From Podarcis melisellensis (lineage: Eukaryota): 64,000 nucleotides of DNA. The stretch is from assembly GCA_964234715.1 (NCBI GenBank), contig OZ174290.1; one strand, given 5' to 3'. The notes beneath the pieces are model-generated. The model made no database searches, was not told the DNA's origin, and saw only the letters and a list, made by a program, of their open reading frames with translations. Below are positions 59,519 to 64,000 of the stretch, piece by piece. The position numbers and the translations under genes were made by a program. Each line of letters opens with the position of its first letter. The stretch's first letter is position 1.

Positions 59519-60927
59519 AATTAGAGCAAATAATAAAGATGATAATGGGCAACCTTGTTTTGTCCTGCAGCTAAATGGACATTTCTTTGTGAATCCATAT
59601 TATCCTAATTGTAGGAGATGCACTATCATGCATATTTTCTAATATTCTGACAACTTTAGGGCCAAATGCATTCTTTTCATCACTGATTAAATACTTTGGT
59701 TCCATGCAGCCAAATGCTTTAAATTTAAGTTTAATGATAAACAGGCTAGTGGTGAGGTAGTCTGTTTACTATGGTGTATTATGTTTAATAATTGCCTAAT
59801 TGAGTCTGTGATTTTACACACCAATACAAACCCAGCTTGATCCAGATGAATCATTCCATCAATTTTGATGGGAGTTCAGTGGGTGATTGTTCATTATTTT
59901 CTTGTTTCACATAGTCAGCCCATAAACTGTTGCCAGGTACTTTAAAAAGAAAAAGTTCTGGCATGCCTTGATGGGTCCAGACTTGATTAGTCAATGCATT
60001 CTTTTTTCTTAAAAGGCCAAACATCTCCACATTTTTATCATGCTTTAGCCTTTCCTGTGAGCTCAAGGAGGGAAAGAAAGAGCAGAGAAGAATCCAAACA
60101 ACCCATCTGGTGCAGAAAAAGCGGCCAAGTCAACAGACACTCGGTCCTACTTGATCCTGGCCCTGGAATGCGAGCCCAAAGTGGGAGCTCTTGGCCCCGG
60201 GCCCCCAAAATTGAGGGGCAACAGCTTAAGGTTCACACAAAGCTCCCTGGCCAAGGAAACTGAGACAGCCTCTCTTATATACAGATGGACATCTGTCTGT
60301 CTGTCTGATGCAGCCTGGCTGAGCCCTGCAAAAAACTGATGCAATCCCACCAGTAAACCTGGTGTAAGGCCTGTCTCTGCAACTTGCCTGTCACCCTTGA
60401 ATGTGAAATGCCTCCTTGCCACGGAGACACAAGTCCTCTTCATTTCTGATTTTTAAAAATGAAACCAGGGCCAGCTAGGCTGGTTTTCTTCCTACTACTG
60501 AACCTCCAGCCTGGCAAGGCGGTCCCAGCTGACAAGTGCAGATGGAAGCCCCCTCCGGCAGCCTGCCCTGCCGAGGAGGAACTGTTCCGTTCCCATATTT
60601 TACAGACTGATTTACAGTTGGGCTATGGCTGTAAATCCGTCCTCTCCTGGACAGCCAAGATTCCAGAAGGGCTGCAGCCATCCTGGCAATAAAACAAGCC
60701 AAGTCCGGACACATCTTGGGAGAAGAGCCACCTGGGGTGGGGTTGAGGTTGGGGCTGGAAATCCTGTGAGGAAACTGACAGATAGCGGAAGTTGGGATTG
60801 GAGGAGAGGGAGGGCAAGGGAGGCTTTGGGGGGCCCCAGTTTGGCTCCTGAGGGAGAAAGACAGCCAATAGAGCTGGGCAATGGTGAGGAGAAGTTGGCA
60901 GGGTTAGAGGGGACAGGGGTTAGGATA

Positions 60928-61150
60928 GAGGCAGTATGGTGTAATGGTTAGAGTGCTGGACTAGGACCTGGGAGAGCAAGCTTTGAATCCCCACTCAGCC
61001 CTGAAGCTCACTGGATGGCCTTGGGCCAATCATTCACTCTTAGCCTAAGCTCCCTCACAGGGTTGTTGTGGGAAAGAAATGAGGAGGAAGAGAACCAGGC
61101 ATATCACCTTGAGATCCTGGGAATATAAAAGTGGTATATAAATAATAAAT
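60928..61150 (+). mobile_element. MIR/CORE-like tRNA SINE
   Basis: A box TGGTGTAATGG, degenerate B box TTTGAATCC, CCTCACAGGGTTGTTGTG core and AT-rich tail. Confidence 0.75.
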
Positions 61151-61907
61151 AGGATGTGGGAGCCAGGGAGTGTAGGGGCTCCTGGCTTGTGGTTTTCCTC
61201 AGTCTTGAGTGTCTCGAATGTTTTAGGCCAGGTGAATTTGACCTGTGCTTAATTCATTTCTAAACTGGGCAACTTTAGAAGAGAAGGAAAAGGAGCATTT
61301 CAGAGTTTCCCTCTTCCTCCTGGCTGCCTTCCTTGACCTCCCCAACCCCCAGGCCTAAATCGAAGCCTTGCCAAAGGAGCGACCCTAAGCAAGGAGCCTC
61401 TTTCGCACTCAGATCTCCCCCTGACAATGTTGGCTGGCTTTCCACACCTGCTTGCCTTGGCGGTTCCAAGTCACATTGAGAAAGAGAGAAGGGGCCACGC
61501 CAGGAACAGCTGCCCCTTCCCACTGGTGCCCTGGATTAAGGGAACATGATAGGCCTCTCCTCCAGAGCAGGGCAAGGGAAGCCAAATGCAGTGGAGACTA
61601 AGGGCCAGCTCCCCCAGGACCAGGGCAAGGAGCAAGGCCACCTCCTTTGCAGGAGCTGGTTACGAACTCCTTCTGGAAGCAGGGTTTGTCCCTAGAGCCC
61701 CCAAGTAAGGCTCAGCCCTGGCACTTGGGAAATCAATGTCAGAGAAGTCTGCCCCTGAGCATGTGCAGAATGCCTTTCACTCATCACAGATCCCTGTCAA
61801 ATATGAAGGAATAATAACAAACCTATTTCTCCTCGGCAAGGTTGCCAAGTCCCCGCACAGCCCCTGTGTTTTTAAAAACCTCCTGGGCTTAGAAAATGTG
61901 AGCCAAC

Positions 61908-62040
61908 ATAGAATCATAGAGGTGAAAGAGACCCTGAGGATCATCAAGTCCAACTGGCTGCAATATGCTGTTGTCCCATAAGGGGATCGAACCTTCAACC
62001 TTGGCATAATCAGCACCAAGCTCTAACCAACTGAACTATT
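61908..62040 (-). mobile_element. tRNA-derived SINE with CR1-like tail (degenerate)
   Basis: Reverse complement of the same head and tail architecture. Confidence 0.65.
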
Positions 62041-62137
62041 GGTTGGATGCCTCTTGTTTGACTGCAGGAGGCAGGGGCACTTGAGAGCAGCAGCCTGCCA
62101 TTCTATACAATGACAGGCAAAGGGCTCTGGGAGTAGG

Positions 62138-62406
62138 CAGGGGACAGCAAACTTTTCCAGCAAGGGGCTGGTCCACTGTCCCTCAGACCTTATGTATTTT
62201 GAAAAAAATAATGAACGAATAAAAGCACACATTCTACTCATGTATAAACACCAGGCAGGCCCCACAAATAACTCAGAAATGCATTTTAAATAAAAGGACA
62301 CATTCTGCTCATGTAAAAACACGCTGATTCCTGGACAATCCGCAGGCCAGATTTAGAAGGCGATTGGGCCGGATCCAGCCCCCGGGCCTTAGTTTGCCTA
62401 CTCATG
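62138..62406 (+). mobile_element. hAT-Charlie-like element copy 3 (internal duplication)
   Basis: Same termini; the AATAAAAG(C/G)ACACATTCT block occurs twice; GAGTAG on both flanks. Confidence 0.85.
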
Positions 62407-62665
62407 GAGTAGAGCTAGTGAAGGCAAGGAGCGCTTGGGGGAAGGAGCAAAGCAAACTAAGCAGGCGGTTGGGGGGGGGGGAGTAAAGGGACCCTCCAGG
62501 GTGGTGCAGCCAAGCATTTGTTATCATCCCCCAGGAATGTGTGGGGAGGATTGGCCAGAACTCCTGGAGAAGTGTGGCTGTCAGCGTGAAACCGGTTCTC
62601 CAGCGTTGGCCTGGCAACTCAAGAGCCCCCAAGAGTGTCCTTTAAGGGGAGCTGCAGGGGATAAG

Positions 62666-62735
62666 AATCATACAATTGTAGAGTTAGAAGGCACTTAAGG
62701 GTCATCTAGTCCAACCCCCTGAAATGCAATGATGA

Positions 62736-62776
<41 letters not shown>

Positions 62777-62843
62777 GTCATCCAACATGGGGCTCAAACA
62801 TACAACCCTGAGATTAAGAGTCTCGTGCTCTACCAACTGAGCT
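62666..62843 (-). mobile_element. tRNA-derived SINE interrupted by a (TTA)n microsatellite (62737-62776)
   Basis: Minus-strand head AGCTCAGTTGGTAGAGCACGAGACTCTTAATCTCAGGG plus a CR1-like tail. Confidence 0.75.
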
Positions 62844-63355
62844 GTTGGGGCTCTGGAATGCCCAGGGGGTCGCCATATAGAATCCAGTGAGGAGGCGAAC
62901 AAAGAAGACGAAGGAGAGCACACAAGCAGGATTTAGGCAGAAGAGCCCTCTCCCTTCCTGTGGTGCTCAGCAACTGGTATTCAGAAGCATTATCACCTCT
63001 GCCTGTGGTGGCAGAGCCTAGCCATTGTGGCTAGTAGCCATCAATACGCTTCTCCTCCACGAGTTTGTCTGGGCTTCTGAAGTCACCCAAGCTGGTGACC
63101 ACTCTTGTGGGGTGGAGTTCCACAGGTTAACTCGCTGCTGCGTGAATCTTCCAACGGTAGGTGAATTTCCTCAGCATCCTTATGCAATCCCACACTGCAG
63201 GGAGGGCAGTGTGCAAGTGAATAGGGTAGCAATGAAAGGGGGGGCAGTCTCTTGGGTCTTTCCCACCGGACAGCCGCCTGTGTCCCCTTGCTCTGCGGGG
63301 TGACACTGCCATGCCAGTGTGGCTCCACCACAGGTCTTGCAAGTAAAATGCTCTG

Positions 63356-63493
63356 CAGCAGTTCTCAACCTGTGGGTCCCCAGATGTTCTTGGACTACAG
63401 CTCCCATCATCCCTGAGTTCTGGTCTTGCTAGCTAGGGGTGATGGGTGTTGTAGTCCAACAACATCTGGGGACCCACAGGTTGAGAACCACTG
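63356..63493. mobile_element. Palindromic (foldback) hAT-type MITE
   Basis: Arms of about 55 bp form a near-perfect inverted repeat (GTTCTCAACCTGTGGGTCCCCAGATGTT...). Confidence 0.85.
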
Positions 63494-63742
63494 CTCCAGA
63501 GGATGCCGGCCTGCCTGCCTGGGGTTTTCCATGCAGCCAAGAGATTCCTTCCACCTTCCAATACTGTGAGCAAGTTGGCTGCTGTGCAAACATTTGATCC
63601 TGTCCTTACGGCTGCAGCTGCCGGATTCCTGTGCCTGGAGGAGAATGTAGGAGGAGGAGATAGAATAATAGATTCTTAGAGTTGGAAGGGACCCAAGGGT
63701 CATCCAGCTCAACCCCCGGCAATGCAGGAATCTCAGACAAAG

Positions 63743-63956
63743 GTTTATGAAATAATACATGGCATGGAGAAAGTAGATAGAGGAAAGTTCTTCTCCTTCT
63801 CACCTAACACTAGAACTGGTGGACATAAAATGAAGCTGAATGTTGGAAGATTCGGGGTGGATAAAAGGAAGGACTTCTTCATGCAGAAATGAGTTAAACT
63901 GTGGAACTCCCTCCCACAGGAGGCAGTGATGGCCACCAACTTGGATGGCTTTAAAG
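63743..63956 (+). mobile_element. CR1 ORF2 C-terminal fragment, followed by the start of another hAT MITE at 63957
   Basis: VYEIIHGMEKVDRGKFF...GHKMKL...VKLWNSLPQEAVMATNLDGFK with one stop. Confidence 0.85.
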
Positions 63957-64000
63957 CAGGCATAGGCAAACTCCAGCCCTCCAGATGTTTGGGACAACAA

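Noticed and set aside
62780-62843. tRNA-Lys gene (similar heads at 7174-7230, 61980-62040 and 60928-61000)
   Set aside because: Degenerate cloverleaf fused to CR1- or CORE-like tails; these are SINE heads.
59520-64000. Exons of a neighbouring gene upstream of NCBP3 (e.g. CAMKK1 as in human)
   Set aside because: No kinase-like or other recognisable coding exon; the region is mostly repeats.

Overview
This is vertebrate genomic DNA, most likely a squamate and probably a lacertid lizard, judging by Sauria-type SINEs, CR1/L2 LINEs and Tc1/mariner and hAT MITEs. Three intron-containing genes lie head-to-tail on the minus strand, each with a CpG-island promoter. NCBP3 has 13 coding exons (58759..45502, 639 aa). 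TMEM248 has 6 coding exons (36930..32753, 314 aa) plus a probable non-coding first exon near 40922-41100. LRRC75A has coding exons 1-3 at 27339..7446; its last, LRR-encoding exon was not found and probably lies left of position 1. All called introns have GT-AG ends and the phases keep the reading frame. Most ORFs in the supplied track are GC-rich or antisense artefacts. I found no prokaryote-type system, CRISPR array, rRNA, true tRNA or snoRNA, and no wholly new multi-gene system that I can support. The best leads are: a sense-oriented solo LTR abutting LRRC75A exon 3; a Pro/acidic insertion next to the EEGEL motif of NCBP3; a hAT MITE carrying a telomere-motif VNTR; a tandem duplication with a possible mariner excision footprint; a young L2 copy with a TSD; TSD-flanked micro-retroinsertions; uORFs; and adjacency of genes that are far apart in human. 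Gene and repeat names come from recall of homologues, not from database searches.
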